From: Nemertoderma westbladi
Lineage: Eukaryota; Animalia; Xenacoelomorpha
DNA length: 64,000 nt
Direction of reading: 5' to 3'
Assembly: GCA_032718475.1 (NCBI GenBank)
Contig: JAUCBJ010008553.1
Span: 1 to 64,000, forward strand
Numbering within the stretch: the stretch's first letter is position 1; each line of letters begins with the position of its first letter. The translations under genes and the position numbers were made by a program. Positions 15,001-24,700 of this stretch are shown in pieces. The notes under the pieces were generated by a model. The model was not told where the DNA came from and made no database searches. It saw only the letters and a program-made list of their open reading frames with translations.

Positions 15001-16024
15001 CACTGACGACGGCGAAAGCCAAGCTTCCCAAGAAGTGGACAGCGGGAAAGACACAGACCGATCTTATTATGTTGACAAAACCTCAAAGGACGTAAGTAAA
15101 TACAAGGCTCGAAACGATAGGAGAGAACAAATTGCCAAGACCCCTCCTCAGTCTCCTAACAGAATGCACCGAAGAAAACCTGAAGAAAAAACGAGAGTGC
15201 ATCAAGTTAACCAAGGTAAAGTGAGTAACATCAAACCTAACTGTGCGCTGTGCGACGGGACACACCGTTTGAGTGCGTGTGCTGAATTTCTAAAGAAATC
15301 CCTTGTAGACAGACGTACAGTTGTGTGGGACAAGCGGTTATGCTATAATTGCCTCAGACCAGGACACCAACGGCGAAGCTGTTACTCCGACATAAAGTGT
15401 GCAAAGTGTGGCGCGAAACATCACATCTTGTTACACAGTGAGTTCGAACGAGACAAACAGAGTCAGGTAAGTGAGCCCGAACTACATGTCCAATTTAGTG
15501 ACGTAAATGACACTGATCAAGAGTCCGAGATGGAAGGATTCTATACTGACGAATTCTCCGACGCCAATGAATCCTGTTATCTAATAAACACCGCGGTGTA
15601 TCGAGCACTTACTTACGAAAGGGACATCAACGATGAGTTTCCCCAAACTACTTTCGCCAAACAACCATCTTGGAAAGCTCCAGCTTCCAACGTAGGAATC
15701 AGAGAATTTCCTGTAGTTCAGGTAAGAGTTCACGGTATTAACAAAAGCTACATAGTGAACACCCTACTTGACTCCGGCAGCACAGGAACATTCATTGATC
15801 AAGAACTAGCCGAAGATATCTTTGCTGGACAACCCAGGTTCCGGACTAAATTGAATATGTCAGGAATTATGCAGGTTTGGAAATCTACCCTAACGGCAGA
15901 TTACTATGTAGGTGTGTTGTCCACCCCCCAGGATAAGTTAGGAACACAAGGCATAAGGTCAGTAAAAATGGTGGCTATAAAGAACTTTGCTACTACTCAA
16001 GCAGACCTTTATAATTGGGACTAA
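12002..16024 (+). CDS. gag: Bel/Pao Gag plus most of the aspartic protease (1340 aa), with a long N-terminal extension
   Basis: DUF1759-like KFNGDEMKWLPF...LSNGEKLRFLIKCLEG. Knuckles CALCDGTHRLSAC, CYNCLRPGHQRRSC and CAKCGAKHHILLH. Protease motif LLDSGSTGTFI. EAEAERKAA charged helical repeats. Confidence 0.93.
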   Translation: MSDTQQNLSDSLIDTTICDSDRSVERLRKEFSSPPTAKKVIPPVVSDPRLIHHRSIIGTRAQVKRNQEAVVLSQQHLGQESTSQRPDSSSSSDTIELTPERGVQMAATVYSDPLLTLPAAVLTTIFIAVEEHQADWARNKRATQDNYAGFAREELMSIVESQWNFPGLGLPLDLSEATWEDIHRMGVAKDTMDPAVWKRSAAGYVQGFFGSLERLEEQLFRQPQGPQEQEELLYQIRERTLRIRLILSAFEETSKRRQDTSLQVAVKTWLHRVDLKVQETAQWKSQLAERSPHEEQTDVTLSQAESEETAEKPRTRDAIDIYLSDYQRFLGDEELRRRLSGLSPNSEGTKLVLDSIDAEMLAANQAECDEKLRLTRVREEQVKKEWIEKRKVAAAAAAEAEAERKAAEAEAERKSAKAEAERKAAEAEAEGKAAVAEAEAEAERKAAEAEAERKAAVAEAERRASEETIQLELENLQETQDSINKQFTANQMQMMRKSTPKRQGYTSSEEGETTDPEGGGNRSHLSRRRKTSYRRKLPDLPPAVRRQLASTDLSSVEPTAQSIKVKRLPTIVDEPEVIKPVVPKVTSVLETPVLPELNSKFPLHSTTLPAPGGTVQENIPVQIAEREIKNMSPVVPLQPATMLATPASAVEWVEEGRRGMNLLLGQMQETVHQLKGTVREGRAELQEVQQSIALERDKLVNIQRGIPIPPVTLCQPVRSEVLHAQGVEPTRIYTASEVETPIANPIKGDYRPVINDIPYRPDNDPRNLYTDNSILNNTMAQESFTRQMARTEARQAVKVGEIVKFNGDEMKWLPFNEYYKDSIQNSVLSNGEKLRFLIKCLEGPPKLMALKFIGHPDGLRQVWDTLNIRYGNKDNIAKYLYAKLVAPRHFLSSGIIEFSDEIQEICRQLDWLGKSHEYQSSMVIGAVVSTLPKGGVCTRWDKKVLYMNEQQRRSPTMADLMSFLDGEVKLQLIKQSREKTSENKVSEKPTSRRRVTPVCYTDDGESQASQEVDSGKDTDRSYYVDKTSKDVSKYKARNDRREQIAKTPPQSPNRMHRRKPEEKTRVHQVNQGKVSNIKPNCALCDGTHRLSACAEFLKKSLVDRRTVVWDKRLCYNCLRPGHQRRSCYSDIKCAKCGAKHHILLHSEFERDKQSQVSEPELHVQFSDVNDTDQESEMEGFYTDEFSDANESCYLINTAVYRALTYERDINDEFPQTTFAKQPSWKAPASNVGIREFPVVQVRVHGINKSYIVNTLLDSGSTGTFIDQELAEDIFAGQPRFRTKLNMSGIMQVWKSTLTADYYVGVLSTPQDKLGTQGIRSVKMVAIKNFATTQADLYNWD

Positions 16025-19000
16025 GATGAGAGCGTCCAACATCTTAAGATACCTCGATTCCAGACAGATTATCCTGGAGTGCAAATACTTATCGGCCAAA
16101 ACGCGCACGAGGCGCTCGAAACATTAGAGAAACGGCCTGCTCAACCACAACCACTGCAAACATATGCGGTAAGAACTAGAGTAGGTTGGTACTTTACTGG
16201 CCCTTCCCGTAGAACTCTCGAAGAGAGAATGCCACACGAACAAATACATCAAGTAAACGATTGGGAAGTGGAAAGCAGTGAGGTGGACGAACTAACTGAG
16301 GGAACGCCATACTCCTCAGATAATGACGACATCTACCAACTCTTCGAAGAAGAGAACACAATTGACCTACTTACAGAGAATCAGACTTGGAAAAACCAAA
16401 CGAACCTATGTCAACTGATTCGCCCAACGGAATCCATTATTTATAATGACGAACTTAATGACGAGGTAGAGCGCTACAACGCTAGAACTCGGGACGAACT
16501 CGCCGTACGATTCTTTACCCAAGAATTAGTAGAACCCAATTCATACGACAAAGCCCTGTCGATAGAAGAAGAAAGAGCCAAGCAAATCCAGGAAACAACC
16601 ACACGTTTTTTAAAAGATCAAGGTAGATATGAAATCGGACTACCCTTCCGAAAACGTGAACCCAGATTTATAAATAACAGACCCTTGGCTGAGAAAAGAA
16701 TCAATCAATTACATCGACGTCTTACGGCAAACGCTTCAGCTAAGGAAATGTACCAAACTCAGTTGAAGAAATTTATCACAAAGGGATATGCGGAGCGAGT
16801 ACCGGAAGGAACTCCAATAACTGAAAGGACTTATTATCTAACACATCATTACGTTCCCAAACCCGGTAAACCCCATGAAGTACGGGTCGTATTTGATGGC
16901 TCCGCCCTATATATGGGCCAATCCCTTAATTCCGAGTTGTTACCAGGACCCAACTTGCTCCAATCTTTGTTGGGAATACTTTTAAGATTAAGACAATATT
17001 CCATCGCGTTCGCTTCCGATATCGAAGGAATGTTCTTACAAGTCAAGGCGCTGGAGAGAGATAGAGACAGCCTGAGATTTCTGTGGTGGCCTGAAGGAGA
17101 CCTCAACCAGAAACCGGTGGAGTACTGGATGACCATCCAGGCTTTTGGGATCATATCTAGCCCTTCCAACGCCTGCTCCGTGGTGCGAACCACTGCGAAT
17201 GACAACCGAGACTCCTTCTCCAAAGAAGTGATAGACAACATAAAACGCAATATATACATGGACGACAGATTAAGGTCCCTTCCATCAGTAGAAGAAGCCA
17301 TAGCTGTCGCGAAAGGAACGGTAGAGTGTTTGAAAAGAGGTGGATTTCGGCTGACGAAATTCACTAGTAACTCCCGTGAGTTTCTGGAAGCCATACCGGT
17401 AGAGGATCGCGGAGCGAAAGACCTAGACTTAATAAAGGACGATCTTCCTGAAACCCAGACGCTAGGCTTGAAGTGGGACACTGAAAGAGACATCCTGTTT
17501 TTTCAGTTAAAACAGCGAGATAATCCAGTCCGGACCAAACGGATTTGTTTAAGTATCCTGAGCACTTATTTCGACCCATTGGGATTTATTAGCCCAGTTA
17601 TATTGATTGCTCGGAGTTTAGTACAACAGATGTGGCTTGAAAACCACTCGTGGGATGATCCGCTTAAGGGAGAACTGTTGAAGAAATGGATGAAATGGGA
17701 AGATTCTCTACCTGCCATCGAGAACTTTATAATTTCCCGTGCATATTTTGGACATGTTCTTCCGACGTATTCCTATCAACTCCATGTGTTTGGAGACGCC
17801 AGCGACATGGGAATAGGTATAGTAGCATATCTGCGAGTCGAAACTCCGGATGGGATCAAAGTCGCCTTGGTTACCTCTAAGGCACTGATTAACAACAAGT
17901 TAAAGGTTCCTCGAGCGGAGTTAAAAGCGGCTTTATACGCTACAGCCATCGGCCGGAACGTAACGGAACAAATCGATTACCCACTGGAGAAAACGGTTTA
18001 TTGGACCGACGCTTTACTCGTGTTGGAATATCTAACCAATGAAGTCTGTCAGTTCAGCGTTTTTGTTACGAACAGGGTAGCAATTATTCTTAGTCGCACA
18101 AAGATAGATCAATGGAGACATTGCCCTGGTACGATTAATCCAGCCGATATCGCCTCCAGGGGAGCAACTCCACAGGAACTGATAGATACTCCAGAGTGGT
18201 TGGGTGGACCCGACTTCCTGAGCAAGGAAGAGGACGAATGGCCTCCTCACCTTACTACGGCGGAAATTAGACAAGCCAAGGGAGCGGAGACCGTCAAACC
18301 TAAAACCCGGGCGAGTAAATCGAAGTTATTTAAACCGACTATCGATCTATCTGTATTACATGTTTCCGGAAACGATGATTTAGATCCACAATCCCTCGCT
18401 ATAAATAAATCTGTTGCGGAAATTCGAGATAGAGATTGGAAATCTGGAATACCAGACGTCTCGCAAGGAATCTCACCCCTGCTGCAGAGAGCGATGCATC
18501 ACTACAGTTCCTGGAATCGGCTCTGTAAAGCCGTCACATATTTAAAGAGATGCTTTCATCATCAATACTCCAGGGCGAAGACCACTAGTGATAACGCTCC
18601 ATTGACATCTGCGCAAGTTCATGTTATTAAAAACTTACCTAAATACAAAGTGTCTGACAGTTTTCTAAAGGAGAAAATTAGTCACCAGGAGCATGAAGAG
18701 ACTAATAAACAGATACTGAGACTCCTGCAATGCTATGAGGATTCCGAAAAGTATTTCCTGTTGTTGAGAAATCCGCAGATGCGCTTAAGGGATCGATTCT
18801 CTAGCACAATGATAGATGGATTAATACGTGTTGGAGGAAGGTTAACCAATGCACCCTTATCCTTTGACACTAAATTCCCCATACTCATTAGAAATCTTGA
18901 AGTACAAATCAAAATGATTGTAGATGTTCACAGTAAGCTTTATCATGCTGGAAGAGAACGAGTTCTTAGCGAAATTCGAACTCGCTATTATTTTGATAAA

Positions 19001-20140
19001 CCCCGTAGGGCTCTGAACCAAGTTCTTAGGAACTGCATACCCTGTAGGAAAGCATTCAGTAGGCCTTTAACACAGCGAGAGGCAGAATTACCTAGGGAAC
19101 GAGTAAGCTTCTATGAACCACCTTTTACTAATACTGGTGTAGATTTATTTGGCCCTATTGAAGTATATCGTGCGAGGACTATAGTCAAGAGATGGTGTGT
19201 CATCTTCGTGTGCATGACTTGCAGAGCCATCCATCTCGATATGGTGAACGATCTATCTACCAACAGTTTCGTCTTAAGTTTACGACGACAGATCGCTCGC
19301 TTCGGTACGAGTAATACCATGAGATCGGACAAGGGAACGAACTTCATTGGTGCCAACAACGAAATACAGGCTTACGTAAAGGACTGGAATCAAAGACAGG
19401 TGGATGACCAGCTAAGGATAACAGCGTCTAGCTGGACCTTCAACGCCGCCGACGCCCCTTGGTGGGGAGGAAGTTGGGAGAGATTAATTAGAAGTGTTAA
19501 GACCGCATTTCACTTTATAGTGCCATGCCGTGCGTATCTCACCGACGAACTTTTGCGGACGTTAATGGAGGAAATAGCTGCCTATCTCAACGAGAGACCG
19601 CTTATGCCAGTCTCATCGAGTCCCGATTCCCTGGAAGCGCTAACACCTGCGCACTTCCTACTGAAGAAACCGGTAGCCATGCTCCCACGATCGGAGATTG
19701 TCGACGGAGACGAATACTGCCGTCGAACTTGGCAACTTATGCAGTTGCTATCCCGTCGTTTCGCTGACCATTTCGAGAAACATTACCTGCCCACGCTACA
19801 ACTTCGAACTAAGTGGTTTGCGCAGCAGGAAAACGTCAGCGCCGGAGATATGGTACTTGTTGTAGATCCAGACCTCCCACGTAAACGGTGGCAGACAGGT
19901 CGTATCATCGAGACTCATATCTCGGAGGATGGTTTAGTGCGTTCAGTAGAACTCATCGTTATGCGGCGTAACTTCAAGAAGCCCGGTATAATCTTTGAGA
20001 CGCAACAACTCAATCGCCCAGTTGGTCGTTTATGTTTACTGGAAAGAGACAGAGAACTCTCTGGAAACTATGGAAGACAAGACACTCTTCCCACGACCAC
20101 CTCCCTAATTCCTCAAACATCTAGGGACTCCCAAACGTGA
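16025..20140 (+). CDS. pol: Bel/Pao Pol (protease C-terminus, RT, RNase H, integrase), in frame with gag after a single TAA
   Basis: RVVFDGSA, SDIEGMFLQV, LRFLWW and YMDD (RT). LHVFGDAS, PRAEL and NPADIASRG (RNaseH/A17). H..YH..CIPC, GVDLFGP, RSDKGTNF and WERLIRSVK (integrase). 16025-16078 reads DESVQHLKIPRFQTDYPG into VQILIG without a stop. Confidence 0.95.
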   Translation, partial: DESVQHLKIPRFQTDYPGVQILIGQNAHEALETLEKRPAQPQPLQTYAVRTRVGWYFTGPSRRTLEERMPHEQIHQVNDWEVESSEVDELTEGTPYSSDNDDIYQLFEEENTIDLLTENQTWKNQTNLCQLIRPTESIIYNDELNDEVERYNARTRDELAVRFFTQELVEPNSYDKALSIEEERAKQIQETTTRFLKDQGRYEIGLPFRKREPRFINNRPLAEKRINQLHRRLTANASAKEMYQTQLKKFITKGYAERVPEGTPITERTYYLTHHYVPKPGKPHEVRVVFDGSALYMGQSLNSELLPGPNLLQSLLGILLRLRQYSIAFASDIEGMFLQVKALERDRDSLRFLWWPEGDLNQKPVEYWMTIQAFGIISSPSNACSVVRTTANDNRDSFSKEVIDNIKRNIYMDDRLRSLPSVEEAIAVAKGTVECLKRGGFRLTKFTSNSREFLEAIPVEDRGAKDLDLIKDDLPETQTLGLKWDTERDILFFQLKQRDNPVRTKRICLSILSTYFDPLGFISPVILIARSLVQQMWLENHSWDDPLKGELLKKWMKWEDSLPAIENFIISRAYFGHVLPTYSYQLHVFGDASDMGIGIVAYLRVETPDGIKVALVTSKALINNKLKVPRAELKAALYATAIGRNVTEQIDYPLEKTVYWTDALLVLEYLTNEVCQFSVFVTNRVAIILSRTKIDQWRHCPGTINPADIASRGATPQELIDTPEWLGGPDFLSKEEDEWPPHLTTAEIRQAKGAETVKPKTRASKSKLFKPTIDLSVLHVSGNDDLDPQSLAINKSVAEIRDRDWKSGIPDVSQGISPLLQRAMHHYSSWNRLCKAVTYLKRCFHHQYSRAKTTSDNAPLTSAQVHVIKNLPKYKVSDSFLKEKISHQEHEETNKQILRLLQCYEDSEKYFLLLRNPQMRLRDRFSSTMIDGLIRVGGRLTNAPLSFDTKFPILIRNLEVQIKMIVDVHSKLYHAGRERVLSEIRTRYYFDKPRRALNQVLRNCIPCRKAFSRPLTQREAELPRERVSFYEPPFTNTGVDLFGPIEVYRARTIVKRWCVIFVCMTCRAIHLDMVNDLSTNSFVLSLRRQIARFGTSNTMRSDKGTNFIGANNEIQAYVKDWNQRQVDDQLRITASSWTFNAADAPWWGGSWERLIRSVKTAFHFIVPCRAYLTDELLRTLMEEIAAYLNERPLMPVSSSPDSLEALTPAHFLLKKPVAMLPRSEIVDGDEYCRRTWQLMQLLSRRFADHFEKHYLPTLQLRTKWFAQQENVSAGDMVLVVDPDLPRKRWQTGRIIETHISEDGLVRSVELIVMRRNFKKPGIIFETQQLNRPVGRLCLLERDRELSGNYGRQDTLPTTTSLIPQTSRDSQT

Positions 20141-21762
20141 TACGTCTGGAGTGGGTGTATGACTATGTTATTTATCTATTTTATTACATTTTATATGCGA
20201 ACTTTATTATGTACTTTATTATAATCGTTTTTATTCAATTTTTATTTAGTAGAATTTTATTTTAGGGATTATTTAGTAGATTAGTGCAATATATTAGTGT
20301 TTATTACGTACATAATTACTATAATATATATTTAGTGCGACGGCGAGAAATAATTATTTTTCTCTTCCCTTACTGTCCGTATCATATTATAAATACGTGA
20401 CTACAGTAAGATGAAATGTCCGTACTTCTTAAAGTACAATAAAGCCACTACTATATTCAAGTATTATTGGTAGGCAGAGTATTAGGAATGCAAAGTTCAG
20501 ATCCTTGTGTCTCGGCTAAACCAAGCTCTGGGTAGACCTTGGAAACGACTTGCCTCTTCACACTGACATTGCTTCGTGCGATATTGCTCTTCTACCTTAT
20601 AACAAATAATACATATAGTAGCGTGATGTCCCTCTAACAGTAGCGTAAATCGCAAATAAATCTGTTAAACTTTTTGACCATCTGTAATTCTAGTCGATTA
20701 AGATATCGTGGCACCCACCGATATACTTGAAAGACAAATTCTAGAATCAGTGGTTAACGTCCCCAGACAAGTTCTGGAATAAATCGGTGCTCATCCTAAA
20801 TATTAATTTAATATTTATTAAAATCTGTAAAATCCCGATCCTTTAAAATTTCTAGTCAATTAAGATATCGCAGTATTTACCGATATTCTTAGAAGGACTA
20901 TTTTATAGAATTAAGGATCCTGAGTTCCCAGACATGCTCTGGAATAAAATTTGTGTCAATTTAACTTCAAATAATAAAATTCACGGGAATAAATTTAAAT
21001 TCATATTCAAATGAATTTCATAAATTGTCATTTTGTGCAATTTATAACATTCCCAAAATTCCAGTAATTAATAGATCATGGGAGCGGAGATTCATATTGA
21101 GTGTACTAGAGTGCGAGAATCTCCAACATATAGTCAATAGCCGATAAAATTTATAAAATCATGCATAAAGAGGATATTGACAATTAAAGAATTACTATTA
21201 AATAACATCCCAGATCTGTATGCATGAGAATTTCCCTAATTCTACCGCTAGTTTTCCATAATGTCACCATGGCAACACCCACGCTAGAATTAGAAGCAAG
21301 TTAAAGGAACAATAAAAAGCTTGCCCCATTGCGTAGCATAAGAGTATACATAGCGCACTATTAGTATCCAAGGATACATAGTAATAACGTGACATTCTGG
21401 AAGACACTGACTAACGGACAAATGGCATGCATGTGTGCAGTAAGTAATGATTGTATGGAATTTGTGCGTTTATAGGTGAATGTTACTACTAAAGTGTGTT
21501 TACAGTAGCTAATCGCAATTGTAAAGTAGCCCTAACTCTACCGAGATAACCTCAAGTGGATTCAAGCCTTTGGGACGGACAGTGGTGGGACTTGTGCCGG
21601 TTATCGTTGTCGTGCTGTTGCTACATGTTGGCGTAAACACCGCGACGACGGTACATCGGCGCTGAGAAACCCACTGTCCGGGGGCAAAAGTCTAGTAGGC
21701 AGCGACGCCCGCTTGCCTAAAATATTAACTCATATTGATATTAATAAACTCAGATAGCAGAT

Positions 21763-24700
21763 ATGACGGAATTGATAGAAGATGACCTTGGTATCAGGGA
21801 GCGATATACTCTACCTTTACAAGCGTTTGTGGATAGCTTGATACGCGGTGAAGCCGATCCGACTATTACGGAGGACGATGGTCGTTATATCGAACCGCCG
21901 ATGTCCCAGGAACAACTTACGCGTGAATTGGACTATAGAAAATTCACCGCTCGCTATACGAATCGTAATGGTACGTATATGGACTTCTTAACTACCGGCC
22001 ATCCTACCGATTTACATGATACGGAAGATGTAGACACCGAAAGGGAAATGGTTTTATTTAAATATCATGCCCAGCGGAATCGTAATGATAAACCGAGAAT
22101 AGAACACGAGAACTCTATTCGCAACCTACTCGACAGAGAAAACGTTGAAGAACCCGATAAGCGCATCAACTTCAACGACTACTTGGAATTTTTGAGAGAA
22201 ACCTATCTCAATATTGCCAGTCAACAGAACCTAGAGACTCGATATCCTCAAGGTATACATCACGATCCCATGGTAGAACTCAAACGACTCTATTTCACCA
22301 TGATGTATCTTACCGCAGATCGTCCACTGCCTGTTGTCCCGGACAGCTTTGAACAAATGGAAGAGTATTGCAAAACTGGAGATCGATCACCCGCGTTTCC
22401 TCTGCAGGACGTACGTCTTTGGTATTATTGTGACTCATGTCCTAGACCTAACCAGCAATCGGAAAGACATAAACATCTGCGGAGACGTTGTGCTAAACAC
22501 AGTTTTACGCGTTATACTTACGGGAGTTTCGAGCGAAATCTGTTCGACGTATCCCCTACGATCGCCCGTCTAAAACGATCGCTAAATAAACCCATGATCA
22601 GAGTTCCGGAATACTCGGTCAGGCCTCCTCATTTCCCAGTGAGACCTCAAACTCTTGATCCTAACAGTATCACTGATCCTCCCGAGTTATACTCACTGTT
22701 CAAAGATTTGGTATTACCCGAGCAGTTAATCGGTGATGTTCCCTCGGTAGGTTCGTTAGATATTCGACCATCCTATCTAACCGGATTGGGACGCGGGCAT
22801 CTAACATCCCCATTTAATCCTTACAATCGGCCAGGATTAACTCCGATACAACCTGCCACGGAAGTCGAGGAGAGTGTCATCAGAAACGCTTTAGACGCCA
22901 TCCGACAGAAAATCGGAAAGGGAACACAGGATTTTCTAGAGAAACGTAAATTACAGCAGCAGGTCCAATCCGTGAAAGAGTTAGCCTTGCCGCAGTTTGA
23001 TAGAGAAATCCAAAACCTCGAAGAGGACATCAAGCTCGGACGTACGTATTCTCTACAGGAGTTTCTAGAAGAACGCTTACAGAAACAAGCGGAGGAAAAT
23101 CAACTAGAGGAGAAACATACGGAAATGGATGAGAGAGAAGAAGCCGCTTTAGCCCAACCCGAAGCTCAGATACTCATAACCGATCTCTACTCTAAAACCG
23201 TCCGTCATCCATCGATGGTTCCGCATTTCGGAGACAAACTCTTTGCAAAGATACAACCCCAACCGGTTGATATCAGCATAAGATCGCAAAATCTTATCGC
23301 TGACGCTCCTATGTTACAGCGTCCGCCAATCGAGGCCGCTCGAGTTGACGGTATACTCGTTGAACCTCCGGACAATCGAGCGGATCTTGTCCGTCGTATG
23401 GTACACGATGTCAACATACGCGCTAGACCTTTACAGAACTCTTTTTATGGAATTAAAGACCACCCTTATTACGTTAATCTGACTCAATATTATATGGTCA
23501 AACCAGAAGATCCGACGCATAATTTAAAGTTTCTACCACTGATAAATCCTCTGGACATTGTCGAACTCGAACAATTACAAAAACATCTGGATCAGTTAGT
23601 AAAGGTAAACTCATTTCGAAAACCATATAACGTTTCTCGAATAGAGAAGGATACAGAACCTCCTTATAATCTCGATGGATTTATTAAAACTCGATTAGTC
23701 CATTGGAATCTAGACGTATTATTCGAGGAGGAGAAAATACAAAGATATGGAAATGTGGAGACGTATACCACTCGATATATGAAGTATAGTGATCTCCCTG
23801 ACGCTAATCAATGCGCCACCTTGTGGCATCCAGTAGGGATGACCCTCGAGAACGCCACCAAAGAATGGAATGAAACTCTTAATATCGTTGAGATGTATGG
23901 CGTTGTTACTTACGATAACGAAGGTAGCGTTCCAATCGGAGAATTAGGAACTACGCGCATGATACACATACGCGGATTAGCTGGTTCCACTCACGTGTTT
24001 ACGCGAGCGTGTTCCGACGTGATCGATTATTCCTTTGAAACTCTCACCGAAACGCAAAAGAATCTCCGACATGGACAATTCGAACTCGCGCAGCGTTACG
24101 TCATTGACACCGAACGCAAACCGGCCATGGGTATCGATGGATCGATGTTACCCCAACCCGTTCTCGAGATGTTATTCAACGAAAGAATCATTAAAATCGG
24201 CTCAGCTGTTTACGGAGATCTCCAAAACGACTTTCAGAATATGGAAAATATCCCCTATCCTTTCGTGGATACTCAGCTGATAGCTCCTTGGGCCGAAGGC
24301 CGAGGTTTCTTCCGCACCATGTATGCTAATGCGTCTAGCGACATTACAAAGGTGCAACGAACTTCCATCGGACATCTTGCTTTTCAGGAATACGGATGGA
24401 ATTTCAAGGTTGGAAATCCCATCAACTATCAACAAGTATACGGAGACCATTATTCTCGATTATACTTTGACGGACCGTTGACCGCACCTGGCGCCGTGTA
24501 TAGCTTCATGAGTGTTCCACTCCGTCCCTCCTTAGCTATCTACACGATCTTCGAAAACACCGCACTTTCCAGTTGGCTAGCCGATGTGTGCAGTCGTACT
24601 ATACGCGCCCATCCATTAATCCTTGGGACCAAACTCGCTAAGCTAGATGAACATAATAAATTCATCCGCTTTGAATGTTTCCGACGATTTTTAACCCCGT

